From contig OZ281496.1 in assembly GCA_965637545.1 (NCBI GenBank), positions 22,320,001 through 22,384,000 on the forward strand: a stretch of DNA of 64,000 nucleotides, in the 5' to 3' direction. Of this stretch, positions 37,801 through 51,199 are shown piece after piece; the first letter of the stretch is position 1, and each line of letters begins with the position of its first letter. Below the pieces are notes generated by a model that ran no database searches, had not been told where the DNA came from, and worked only from the letters and a program-made list of their open reading frames with translations. Made by a program: the position numbers and the translations under genes. This DNA comes from Phallusia mammillata (Eukaryota).

Positions 37801-40800
37801 TGTTGTAAGGGTCGCCCGCCATTGTGCACTATCATGTTCAAGTTGGTTGGAGTGATGTCCCGTGTCCGAGCTACGGTTGGACGCCTCATTAGTCTTGCCA
37901 GTCGTGCGGAAGCGGACGGCTTCGTTGGCAGTCCCGATTGACTTTGGGTGTAGTTTAAACATTAACCCATTACAGTGTGTCACTCCGAAACAGAAGTCCA
38001 CCAGCAACCAAATATAGCAACTGGGCAATCCTGTAGTGAACGTAAGTTTAAGGGGGTATGTAAACCGCCCAATATGTCCCTTTGATGTTGTGGTGCACAA
38101 GAAAAAAAAAAACACGTTTACTTTCGACCTATGTTCGATTCGGGCTTCTCAAACAATTTTTTGCGAGGTGACTTGGAGTTCATTTGCGAAGCATCGAACA
38201 CGCAGTAATTCCCAAGAACATCTGATGAAATTTGACAATGAAACTCGACTTCGCCTTTTGCGTTACGCGCAACAGGCCACATCCAATAATCGATCAAACC
38301 TTCATATGCCTATTTGTTCTTCGGAGCTTTGTTTGCGTAAATCGCGGTGCAGTATCGATTTTTAATCACGAATTACGACTCAAAAGCGAGGGTGGTTAAT
38401 GGGCCAATCCGCGAATCTTTCGTCACTGAGCTTGGTCTCATATCCTTTGTCGTTGCCGTGACGAAAGGAAACAGTTAAAAGTGATTAATCACAATTTAAG
38501 TCGGCAAGACGAAATTAGATGATGTTTTTGGTGCGTTTTTTTTCTCGCTATCTTCCAGCGACTTCCATATGGCACTCCGGGCTAAACGAATTTGCCGACT
38601 GCTGTTCAGCCCACTACTCCCCTGTCACGGTAATTTTTGTATTAAATCTAATTTCACTGGGTGTAAATGATTTTAACTAGTTTTACGAGTGAATTTGCTT
38701 TCATTGTTCTTACAAAGCGTGTGTGGTGTTTGCGTTGCGGAACCTCGGGCGACCGAAAGTTCAAAAAAAAATCGCATTATTTTTAACAATTGACAAATTA
38801 TAAGATGAACGCACATTCATACTGGGATCAGCCCTGAAGCGGCTGAATTTGGTTTCACGCCTTTAATAGGCCTGGAGTACTATGATTACCGAAGTATAGT
38901 CATTTTCCATGGCACTTTTATTTCTGCAAATTTTACTTAAAACGTCCAAATTTTAAGAATATTAAATTGTATTTGAACGTTGAAGGATTTACCATCAAAA
39001 ACATGTTTCGTTTAAATATTTTTTCCAGACTGAACATATTTCAGTTTTCGATCTATTCTCAAAGTCCCGCAAAGTGCGTTGGTAAACCGATCTGCCACTG
39101 GTGCTCACTACGAGCTCGTTCATCACAGTCAAAATGCCCTTTGATGTCACTGAAACCCCTTGCTCTTCCCACTCCCTGGTTCCTCCTACAATTCAGCCAA
39201 CGCAGCTATTTGCTTAAAATTGCGCAAATGAACGAATCTAACCATTTTTTATTCCCAAGCCGAAGTTGTGAAAAACAGTTTTATGACATGTCGGCAAATT
39301 TATTCAACAACGTTCTGTGATTTTCGTTTTCTTAAATGTTTACAGAAATATTTATGCTTGCGGCTTCAACAGTGAGTGACAGGGCATTGTGAGTAAATTA
39401 CTTTCTTGGCGCTGATAGGAAAAGCGTAAAATTAATGTAATCCCATTATGTAAAACAATCTATACCGCAAGATATTTATCACAGCGCTGCTCTGTTCTCT
39501 GCCACCTTTTTCTATGCCGAAAGTTTATTCTTTTGAAAGTACACAACGAATTGCGAGTAGCACACTCCTTTTTGGCGTCTATGTGATATAAACTTTCAAG
39601 TTGCGATTCGAAAGCATTAAAACATTTTGTTACTATATTTTTATGTGTAGCTTTTATATCCAATTGAAACGCAAAGTTTGAGGCATTGATGAATGGCGAC
39701 ATCGCGTGGTAGGCTTTAATGATTTGCCGAGTTTAGTTTTGAAAAATGTTTATTTAAAACACATCAGAATGTTCCTTACGCCACTTCGAAAAACAAGTTT
39801 GCATCCAAGACCAAGTACTTTTATCGAATGAATCTGCACCAAAAACATTCAGTTATTTTATCGCGGTGGTCACCGGAACTTTGCTAAAAGTTCAAGATAT
39901 AAAAGACGTAGATAACCCACATCCGACAATGTGGTCTGCGCCAAAACTTAGATCCAAAGTGCTTACAGTCTGGCCTTGAAATCTTTTCTGGTGTTAAAAG
40001 ACGCGGACCATGTGTTTGACTGCTGTTAATCGACGCGCCAGAGCGTTTCCGCATCGCGAATGTGATTATTTGCCCTTGAAAGTGTTATTAATGACGCTTG
40101 CCTGTCAGACTATTACGCCTCCTTATCAGTGTGTCTTCGGTCGCGTTTTAAGTTTAACGCGAGACCATGAAGAGAAATTTACACACAAAATTTGTGTTAA
40201 TGCGAGACAGAACTGCACTCCGGTGTTTTTGTTGCATTTTTTGTTCTTGTAGCGTTTATATACAGACAGACACTGGTTAATCTGTGTCTAAATTTAGGGA
40301 CACTAATGTTATAGCCCTATACGTGGAGGGTTATACGTTTCTATACGAGTGCGCATTTTAATCTTTTGCACATGTTCTGTACGAAGCGGAAACATTAAAA
40401 CGTCGGCTAAGTAACCGCAATGTTTTTGAAAATTTTACATTTGCCTCCGTTAACGTTTCAACGCCAGAAAGGTTCTTTGTTGCTTTCCCTTGTACAGGTT
40501 GCATTTGCGCAGTTCGACTTAGGTTCGGGCAAATTATCATGCCAGGGTAATGCCGCCTTTGCCTGTGTGGTCCCATCGAAGTCTGGCAATTTAGCTGATT
40601 ATTTCAGTGTAATTGCGTTTGCTGTAAACAAGGCTATGAACTCGGCAAAAGGGCACTTAACGTTGCTCATACGTTCGCGCGGACGTTGACTTCGTGCCTC
40701 AATTGCTCGCAGGCTTGGAGCAATTTTTGCGCAACAACAACCCGTAAGCGTGAATGATGAATCGACAGTGGCCTGTTGTCATTACCCGAACGGGGAGCCA

Positions 40801-43800
40801 AGACTTGGTAGATTTTTTCTCGATCAGAAAGCGGCGCGACGGGGAACTTAAACAAGCTTGCGAGCTAAACTTTGCTTGACCCCTTTCCGATGCCGGCTGT
40901 GTCTCGCTTTTCAGCCAACACCGATCGCTGACCTGTCGTCCCAAGTGGCGATCCATCACCTCCAAGTGGACAAGCGCTGCCCACTCACCGGCTCGACCTC
41001 GCGCCGCGCTCTATTCTCTCGGTCCCGCGCAAACATTCAACATTTCCAAGAACCCGCCCATGCGTAATTCGCGTCCAGCAAATTATCACCGTGGGGTGTT
41101 TGAAGGCCAAATAGGTCTGGTATTGATCTTGGACCCGCTGCGCATCCCTGTCCACTTGTACCGAGCCATCTTTGACCCTTGTTTTTCATTGGCAAAGTAA
41201 GAACATGTGACCTTAGCGGTGTCAGGTGATTTCCAAGCAATTGTTAAACGCAGGTGGCCAACATAATTCAGCAGCTTGCACAAACAGCAAAGTTTTTGTC
41301 GAACCTAACAAGCGAGGCGATAAAAATTTTCCACGGTCAGTAATTTAGTGCTGACATTCTTTCTAGGTGGCATGATTTTTAGATTAGACGTAACCGATGT
41401 CAGGGTTAGTTCACTTGAATCTGATTTGTTCGTTAAGAAGAGCGCGTTTTTTACATGTAAGTGTTTATGTTTGTTGCGAGTTTCAGTTGTTAAATGAGCG
41501 TATGAATGCTTTGATTTTTTGGGTGTTTTGAGGCACAAATTTGTACAATACTTGTCATCAAAGACCAACAATGGTTCTTTAAACGGGCTCGAAGGAGTGT
41601 TGACCAAAGTTTAACAACTTGCAATTTATGCAACGATTATACATTACGTGTTCAATGAAGCTCAGTACAGAAGCCCATTTTAGGCGCGTTCAAGTCTGTA
41701 TGTAAAATGCAGATTAACAAATGTCTTAACAGCTGTCCGTATTCCTAACACGTTAAGCGGCATTTGGCAAGCGCTAGCGGCAGGTGCGGAAGTGTTTACG
41801 CGCCGCGTGTTAAACCTTCATCTGGTGTTTACAAAACGAACTGAAAGCAACAGTAACGCACAGAGCGATCCGATTATCAGATCATCAAAATTCCTCCGTC
41901 TTCCGTTAATCTTTTGGAGTAGCGCGTGCGTCTTTGAACAACTAGAAACTCACTTATGTATAAGGCTGTAGTTGCGTGGAGTTTTTTTTCTCAATCGTCC
42001 ATTGACTTTTGAACATTTCTATCATGAAAACGAGTTAAATACATCTTTGTTATATTTTACTGACGAATAATTAAAAAATGCAATAGTGCCTTGTGAGCGA
42101 ATTTTTATGACAAACTAATGCAAGGACATTGCGGAAATACAAACTACAAATACAGAGACATTTTTTTCGCGCTTTTTCAATGCCTCACTAAAACCAACCA
42201 GTTACAATCTAATCGAGACATTAGGCGACTAGAAACCGGTGCGTTTTAGACAGTATGTAAATTGCTGCGTTTTGGGCCAACGCGGTAGTAAAAGAGATTG
42301 AAATCGGTAAGCTTGTGGTTCGTTTTATATTCTCGAAACAGGTTTACATAAATTTTTAATACTTCAGCAGGTTTGGGCTTTTGTACTGTTTAGCGCCGTA
42401 GAAAACACGTGTTTCAAAGCATTTCCGAGCCGATGCCACCAGCTGTGAAAGCGCATTAACACGCCTTTCCCTTATTTTGGTCAATAAACTTCGCCAGTTC
42501 GCTACTCTTAATCCCACTAACGTCTCTGCTTTTCGTGTTTAGGTGTAATTTCTGTTTGAATAACATCGTCATTTTTTTTACTTGCGCAACACCAAAATCC
42601 GTGATATGCCTGCGCTAAAAGAACAACTTTGCCTTTAACTAACTGCTTTTGGGTGGTGACTGTTGTAAGTAACAACACTGTGGCTTGAAAAAGGGTTTAG
42701 AAGTAAAGGTGCTTAATTTGCAATCTACTGTTGCCCTTAAAAATGTGCAGCTATCTGTGTTCTCCTTATACTTTCTCCCAATTCGACAGCTTAAAAACCA
42801 CAGCTTTCATGAAACTCTATCATCTGAACAACACGCTACAGATCACAATTGGTTCTCGCTTTCTGCCCCACATTGTCCTACCCCCACCACTTGATATCAC
42901 TCACTGTGTCCACAAAGCATTGGGACGCAAAGCCCTGCCTGCCACAACACAAGACAAGGTTCTGAAGGCAGAGAGTTTGCGAAATTCAAATTCAAAATTT
43001 CTCGCAATTACCGCTCGTTTATCATCAAGTAACAGAATATACGCTTTCCTCTGTACGTAGTTGCCTGACACTCGGCGCTAAATTGTGAAAGATGAAGCCA
43101 CGACAAGCGTAGGCACGCTAACTGTGTTAAGCCTGTGATTATGCTAAATGATGATAAATTTCCTGCCAAGAGTTGTCGAATTCGTGTTGAACGCTTGCGA
43201 CTAGGCCTGCGTATAATCAAACTGCGTTCTTTCAAAGTGGTTTTGAGTTTGTTTGCGTGATGAGTAATGGCCCTGTATTCGTATATGCTGTAGTTAAAAC
43301 TGCCGGACCAGACAGCCCTGTGTTATCTTGTTTCAACGTAGTTGGCTTTTGTATCATGTCGTTGAACTTCAGACCCAAGTGCACCTGATGTAGAATTGTA
43401 TGGTTTTCATTTCGATTCGAACATGAACCAGTTATTGTGAACTAGTGGCGCGTGGTACTGGGCTAATCCTTGGTAAACAAATCTGGTATCCGGTATGCAA
43501 GCTGGTGCTTGGCCGTCCCCGGGTACGTGACAATGACGGATTGTTTGACATGGGGTCTTTGATAGCACTAAGGACTCCAGTCTGATCTTCAGACGCCCTT
43601 ACCAGTAGTTTGGCGAAGAACCCGAACATGCACAGATTAAGGGGTCAGTATTCAGTGGCTGCGGTTCCGTATGCTTTAGTCTAAAACTCTCCAGCGAATT
43701 GGTTGTCGAGAAACGGGGTATTGAGTAACTTGTAGTTTTAGACCATTTTAATTGACTGAGGGGAATAACTGTAAAAAGGAGGTTTGGTTTCAGTGAAGCG

Positions 43801-46800
43801 GCAAGTTCGGTGAACAACAACTTTGTAATCTAGTCCCGGTTTCAATGATAGACGATGTTTACTCTTGCATTGTTGGTTGTACGGATACTGACAGCTGTTG
43901 TTGTGCAACATTTTTTTTGTTAGATGGACATTTGCAGGTTTCAAGGCAAATTTAAAAAATAAAGTAAAACTGCTAGCCAATCTTGTTTAAAAAGGATGAA
44001 ACATTGTTTTAGCCATTAAAGGTGTAACGTAATAAAGTACTGTTGTTTGCCATGAATATTTCTAATGTGCTTGATACCTGGTTTAGTTACACTTAAGTTC
44101 AGTCCGATCAAAATGCATTTTTCTGTGGTAAATCTTGATAAAAATGTTTCTTGTTGTTTCATATCAGTCAAACAGATTTTTGGCTTGGTCATGTAGGCTT
44201 TCAAAAATGCACATGATGAACACTTTTTTTGAATGAAGACTTTTTGCGGATAGAGTATGTAACCAATTGTGGTTACCAGTGTTCTAGCGCTACCTAGAAA
44301 CTGGACTTACTTGAGTAAAATGATCGCAAGGTGTCGCTACACAAAACGTTAAGTTTCAACTAAGCCCTGCCATTGACACGCAAACAGTGAAAATTTACAC
44401 CTCGTACACTCATTGACCGTGTCTACTTCGTCGCGCTTCTACTTAGCCACAACAAAGGAAAGTTTGCTGTATAAACTGTGAAGTACCGGGTCCTACCCTT
44501 TGGTTTCTGTACCAAACTGTGGCCAATTATATTTTAGTTTGCTGGGTGTTGTCAACGCTTAAGAATAATATTTTAGAAAAATACATGTTCTGAAAACACG
44601 TAACAAACAAATGGTCTGTCAGCATGATTTAATATTTGTCTGACTGTTCCGTTCTTCTTTGGTTTTATTACAACTGTTTTCAAGGCGTTGGCCAAAGTTC
44701 CAGTGTAACTGGTAAAGCATCCCATTGGAAATGTGACACTAAATTAGCTTTTAGTGATAGTTTTAATTCCGTGTTTTCTTCCTTAAAATAGACTGTCACA
44801 TACACCTACTACCGGCAGTGAAGAACTAACAAAACAACGCTTTCACATTTAGAACAATTTTTCAGCAGAAAAATTAATCAAAACTATTTGCCTTAGATTA
44901 ACCTTGTGAGTTTTAATTTGTATGGTGCTCAATACCACATGTAGTTACCTAAATTATTAATAAGAATGAAACACAGCAGCTTGTTGATAACAGAAATATT
45001 AATTTGGACTCGTCTTTGTTTGTAGTGGAAACTGTCATGTTCGTTTTGTGTTTAATTTAAACAAAAAATCTGAAAAAAGTTTGGGAAAAATCCTTGGGTT
45101 TGTTGTGGGTGTGTAAAAACATATTACCAACGACATCTAGATCTGTACAGCACCATGCTAACTCAAGACCCGCAAGATAGTTATAGGTCCCAATCTTATT
45201 TATTACTAAGCCACAAATGATTTAAATCATAAAGATATGCCACTTTTTATTTGATTAAGATATAAATTCGCTTTAAATTTTTTTGTTTAAGTTTCAAGTA
45301 AAAAAAGCCAGCCACCTTTATTAGCATTTATATTTTCAATCATGTCAAGTGATTTAACGATTTAAAATATTGGGAACTTACAAAAGGTGACAAAATAATT
45401 ATCATTAAACTAAAATTCCAAAGTTTGAATAATTATAATGCAACTCAAGATTTTGACCCGTTTAAATTAGATCAACGTAACAGCTTATTTTTTTAATAGA
45501 TTAAACGCTTATAATTAATTTAGACAATCTAACTCATTACAATGTGGTTTCTAAACCAATCTCAACCGGTACATAAAAATACACAGTAAAATGCCAGCGA
45601 ATTGGATTATGCTCCAAAACCACATTCCCGGGATAAACGCTTGCTAGTGTAACAGCGGGTTGCACTGATTTGATTAAACCACCCGCGATGTGTAAGGCCG
45701 CTAATTTCAGCGCTTGCTGGGCCTTTGCTATCAATCATTTGCGCTTAACCGCTTCGCTGTGTGACAACGCGAAGTCAAGTTGTTTTAGCTGATATTCTAC
45801 AATTTCATCGCACATAATAATTTTCGACCCGCCTTGTACCATGAGCCTTTATCAATTTCCCTCTAATCCTATTTTCCGAACAAATTAGGGCCTTGTCTGC
45901 GGTGGGTGAGATAATGTAAGATTTTACACCTTGTGGTTTCACAGCAACCTAATGGTGGGTGGCACTGTGCAGCATACTTTAAATTTTAGGAAATTTATAC
46001 GAAAACCAAGCCGAGATTAAAACTCCACAGAAACTTGAATAACTTAATTGCTTTGGTAAAAATGACATTAAGTGTACAAATAAGCCATTAAGTTCATGGG
46101 CAAATAAAAAGTTATGAAAAACAAAAGGTTAAGCAGACGGAATATTTTCAAATGTGTTTCAAAAATATGTCCAACTAATTGTTTCCCAACTAAATGTAAC
46201 AAAGTCGCATTCAATTGGGGAGGTATAATATTTGCAATATAGTTTAAAACTTTTACTAATAGTTTGAACAAGAAATGTCTAGGTTCGAACTGTTGGCCTG
46301 TTTAAATTTACGGAAGTAAATCTGAAAAAAGTTGTCAAATCCGCGACCCTTTCCTCTGATACAACAACATATGCCACCGGGTTTCTAGATAATGAACTTT
46401 TGGTAGCTTGTTCAACCCGCACGAATGTGTAGCTGATTTCGGCGATAACGAATTTTGCTAATATATCCCGATATCGATCAAAACCTGCGTGTTTCACCCA
46501 CTAATGAGCTCTATACGTTAAAAACATATACACAACGTTCAAGAAACTGTAAACAAACCGGCATAAAGCGCCAAAATTTAGGTTTGTGACAGTCATGCCA
46601 ACGTCCGCCATTTTGTGTACTTACGTCAGCACATGATTGATTAGTCTAGACACACACGACAAAAACACACTGCGTTAACCTGAATAAATCCGCGTACAAA
46701 CTAATTTGCTTACTGTCGTGTTACTAAGATGTTCTGTATTTAACTAAGTTCATTTTGAAAAAAATTTAAACACCGTTAACATTATCAACATAATTAAATT

Positions 46801-49800
46801 GGGTTTTGTGTTCAAGTCTAGATGATTTGTTACAAGTATCCTAGTGGTTATTTAGTTTGTGTTGTTGCTTGAAAAAAATGGTTTGTTTGAGTTATTAAAG
46901 AGTTGTTTATTGTCATCACAGTAGTTTTTGTCAAAGCCATTCCAGAAACTTTTCAATCAACTGTAGTATTTTTATAAGCCCATCCATTAAAAATATTTCC
47001 TGCCTTTTTGTGTTGACAACATCCATTTGGATTTTGATAAGGCTAATCCACTTACAAAAGCAAGCTTTTTTACTTAATCCTAGTGCCAACTCGCAAAGGC
47101 GGATGGACAGGTTATAGTTGTTGCATTTTAGTTTGAGCAAACGATTCTACTCAAATATTTATCTTCAAATTGAGTCTCAGCGGAGGATATTACTTTTTTC
47201 AATTCAAAATTTGCTAGGCAACCGGGCATACACATTTACACCTAAAACAGTACACTGTGAACTGTGTAGCGTTTTTTACACCAGTTTATGGGATTCATTT
47301 CGTGATGATTTACTAGTCTAAATTAACAATATAAAACTTAAACTATATGCGGAATAGAGTCTGTTGGGGCAATATCCTCTGAAAAACACACTTTTAAAGT
47401 TTGTTATTTCTTGCATAGGGCATATATTAATGGAGAGTTAGGAAATTCGATAATGCAATAAATAATGCAGAGTTACAATATTTTGTTGATTAGCCGCACA
47501 TAGTATGTATTTGTGCAAGTTCATTACATCAATTGAGGTCGTCAATTTCATTGGAGGCGGGTCTAGTTTGGTCAGTGACCATCCCTCTTTCAACAGACCC
47601 TAGCATTGTTTGGTGATTGATTGATGAGGTTCTTGTCCGCCATTTTACGGCAAAACAGTGACTTACAGATATGTTGTTGTTAAACTCCAAAATATAACAC
47701 AAGCTCATGTTTGGCATTAAAAAGCTTGTGTGAAAAATGATTTTTCTTTGTTCAAATAAAAGTGATGTACTAACCGGGTTGGCTGGGCTGTTACTTGTCG
47801 TTTCGTTCTGCCAGCTTCTTTGGTGTAGTATTTCGTTGCTGGACCCGAGAGTTTTCTCTTTTGCTGAGGTGGTCTGCGTAGGGACAGACGATTAATCAGC
47901 CTGGTCGTCTAACTTGTCAAATATCAACTTTCAATACTGCAAGGTCAGTCTTAGCGTGACGGCGCACTACCTACTGGTCAAGTACGCTCAGTGCTTATGC
48001 TACTCTGAGGCTAAAGCGTTGCAACCCCGAGATCTGATTGTGCGCCAATGGGCTGCGAGTGCTTAGATACCAGATAAAAGTGCCGTGGGGTCTTGGGCGC
48101 ATTTACAACGGTGCGCAATGGCGGCGCAAAGGAAAGTTTCTTTCATCCCCTAGGGACTCGTGCACGCCTTGGTTGATTTCCCAATGTTTTCTTTGCACTG
48201 TTTTGGAAGTATGTGGAAAATGCTGGGATAGTGGTTGCAGTCAAGTTCAACTCTCAAAATGGCCGACGGACTTTTTCAGGATTTTTTAACCCATTGCAGG
48301 AAATTACACAACCTTGACCCAGTACCAAGTGTGCAATGTCATTATTGGTTTTACAATTTTGCTATCTGATTTGAAATTTGATGGTAATTTCATGTTTTTA
48401 ATTTCCTGACAGCTAGGACAAACTAAAAGTGATAATTTTGTCTTCGAACAAACCAAACCTTTTTCAAATACTGGATTTTTTTCCTGTTCATGGGCGAGGC
48501 GAAAGACTTTGAGTGTATTTAACGAGGCGAGGAGCTGTAAAAGTGACCCTTCTACCTTCCCAGTTCGACTTTATTTGCAAATCGTGACAAAATTGTCAAC
48601 ATCAACGAATATGCTGCACTCGGACAACATTGCCTTGCAAGTTCAAAGGCGAGCGATAACATTTGGATTGCTCTAATTGAACCCGGAATTTTGGGTGCTG
48701 ATCGAAAAAGAAAAATCTGTACCATTAGGATGAGGATGTAGTAAAATTTCCCAAAAAGCCCATAAACCGCCTTTTTGGAAACTACATTGTCGGTGGTTCA
48801 CAACCTAAGAACAACAACACATTGAATATTTGGTGGAGCGTGATGTGCCGTCAAAATATTACACATGCGAAGATGCATTTTGGGCTTATATTTTGCATCA
48901 CATATTTTTGGAACAAGTTGTTAAAATGAAGTGTCAATATTTTAACCTATTTTATCTTACCACCCTTGGTCGTTTGTATCACAAACGCAAAGAATTTAGA
49001 AGAAACGTATTAATTTTACCATTGCCTTCGGTCCGTACGCCGCGTCGGCCTTTGGTAAAAGCATTATGTCACCGGTGTAATTCAATCAACACGCCTTTGG
49101 AGTTGTTTCTGGTTTGAACCTTCGCTTCGTGCCGCGCTCGAGTTAGTGTTATTTGTCGGTCGTTGGGACTGTTGGTGATATTCTCTGAACAAATGTCACA
49201 TGGCACGCTGGGTCCGCCCCTGGTGAACCTCACACTTAGTTTACCAAATTTAAAATTTTGACAACGTCTCTCCATTGTTTTGTGTTTCTTGTGAGGTCAA
49301 GTAGACCACACATGAGATTTTCCTGGGTTTGAACACGACCATGACCTTCCACCAAAAGCGCAGCATTTTTTGCGTTTATTACTTTGACACCGTGTCCCAT
49401 TGACAGAGCGATTGCTTTTCGACAAAACCATTTGTTTTGCTTTCCAACGCCAACTTAAAGGCAGTTTAGGTGTGAGAAAAAAATGCATTTTTGCACAATA
49501 TGTGGTAAAGCGTTTTTCTTTTGGTCTCAATTTAACGGCACCCGTGCTTTTTGCACTTTGGGCCGTGAGTTTGGGAACTTTCTTGGTGACCTGCATTGAC
49601 GCTCTTGGTTTAAATCTTGAAGCTAAAAATACTTTCTGTTTGCGCGACCTCGTTTAAAATCCTCGTCAAGTGTCAAAACGATTTTCGTTATCGCTTTATT
49701 AAGGTACGCCGGATTGTCACACGATTCTTCCCGGAAACGCTTTGCCGAGGGACTCGACGTTCAAACGATTCCCCACGGCTGCGAATTGCAATAACCTTGC

Positions 49801-51077
49801 ATAAACAATTTCACGGTGGCAGGTGTAGCCTGACTGAGATTGCCATCGACGAGGCCTCCCAACAGCGTTCGCCCGTTAATGTGTCGCATTGTGCCGAGCG
49901 AAATTTCCCAGCGACTTTGATTCATTGCAGTGATTTGTATCTCGCAGCCTGTCGCTCCACCAGCAGCCGAGCCCTGTTTATTTAGCACGGGGCGTCGCGT
50001 AGCGAGCCTAGGGACCAGCACTCGGGCGCGCTCAAACGCCTGATGGCGCACAGTTGAGGTGTGATGGATTAGCGTTATCTCGCTACGCCGCAGCTCTTCA
50101 ACCCAGGAACCGTGCAGCGCTTGCTCTCGGACATCGTTGAAACTTAGTGTCTTGTCGTACACAAACTTGCGGAAGATTTTGTTTGGAGAAAACGCTACCA
50201 TGGATCGCATGTGATATACTTGCCGACCACCAATTGCGCATTGCGGCTATTTAGCCTGCGTTACTTCCGCACGATTGGGTAAGAAAAGAAATAGCTTGCC
50301 TTGCCTGAAAGTGTGTTTTGGGTCGACACTTGCGTTTTGACCCATAAATTTCAAGTGCTGTCAATCTTTCTACGTTGCAGTGTGTTTCACATGATAATAA
50401 ACCATGTTTATTTACAGTTTTACAATTTTATATTGTTACGCTTAGAAAAAGTGCGCAAAGTTTGGACGTGGAAAACTAAAAACGTATTTTGTTTGATGTT
50501 TTAGAATTTTGGCTATGATCATTTACCACCTGAAGGATTTGTTCAATATATAATTTTTCATTGCAAGATTTTGTCAGCTTTTATTTATCGGGTAGTCTAC
50601 TTGGGTTTTTATGGGTTTCCGAGCATTTCCGCATTAAATCCTGTTTCCGTCAGAAAATTTTGAATTATAGGTACGTTAAAGTCATTAGTGCAATCTCGAC
50701 AATATCACTAATTGCCAATCCTACACGGTTATCGTCACACTCACAAGATAACTGAATAAAAATTGAACCCTTCTCTACAATGATGTCATCAATTATTCAG
50801 CGGGAGGTGGTTAAGCTACAGTGGCACGTGCATGTGGCTGATTTGTAAGATCATGTGAAACGCCTTTTGACCGTTTTGCAACATTGCAGCACTCCGATCG
50901 TTATATTGTACCGGGCAGTGGTGTCAACATGACATTTATCTCTGCTAATAAGCGCTCTACTGCCACCACGCGATGGTTTGTGGGTAAATTATGTGCTAGG
51001 GTTTTTGGAGTGTGCAAGTAACTAAAACTTGAAATATTTAGCATTTCTAGTAGCAAGTTTTTGAAGTTAACAGTAAC

Positions 51078-51199
51078 ATGTGGCCTTCATATGGCATGAG
51101 CATTTGCCGAAACGTTTGAACAATAAAGCATGTCGCGTTTTACGTCTATTTGGGCCGTTATTTTCACCATTAAACTTATGAACAGATCCGTATATAGTG
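51078..51199 (+). repeat. Copy of the PLE/hammerhead repeat, 10-nt deletion removing CTGATGA
   Basis: Near-identical to the reverse complement of 26481-26585 except for loss of CACTGATGAT. Followed by the ACTTATGAACAGATCCGTATATAGTG block also present at 26631-26656. Confidence 0.85.

Noticed and set aside
38222-38245. CTGATGA...GAAAC hammerhead-like spacing
   Set aside because: Stem II does not close and there is no stem I/III. Similar partial cores at 8160-8191 and 54081-54110 lack GAAA.
47766-48108. GC-rich block bounded by TGTA...TACA, resembling a solo LTR
   Set aside because: No target-site duplication, and the 4-bp inverted ends are expected by chance.
49761-50210. 149-aa minus-strand ORF
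   Set aside because: Non-ATG start, no recognisable domain, explained by local GC richness.
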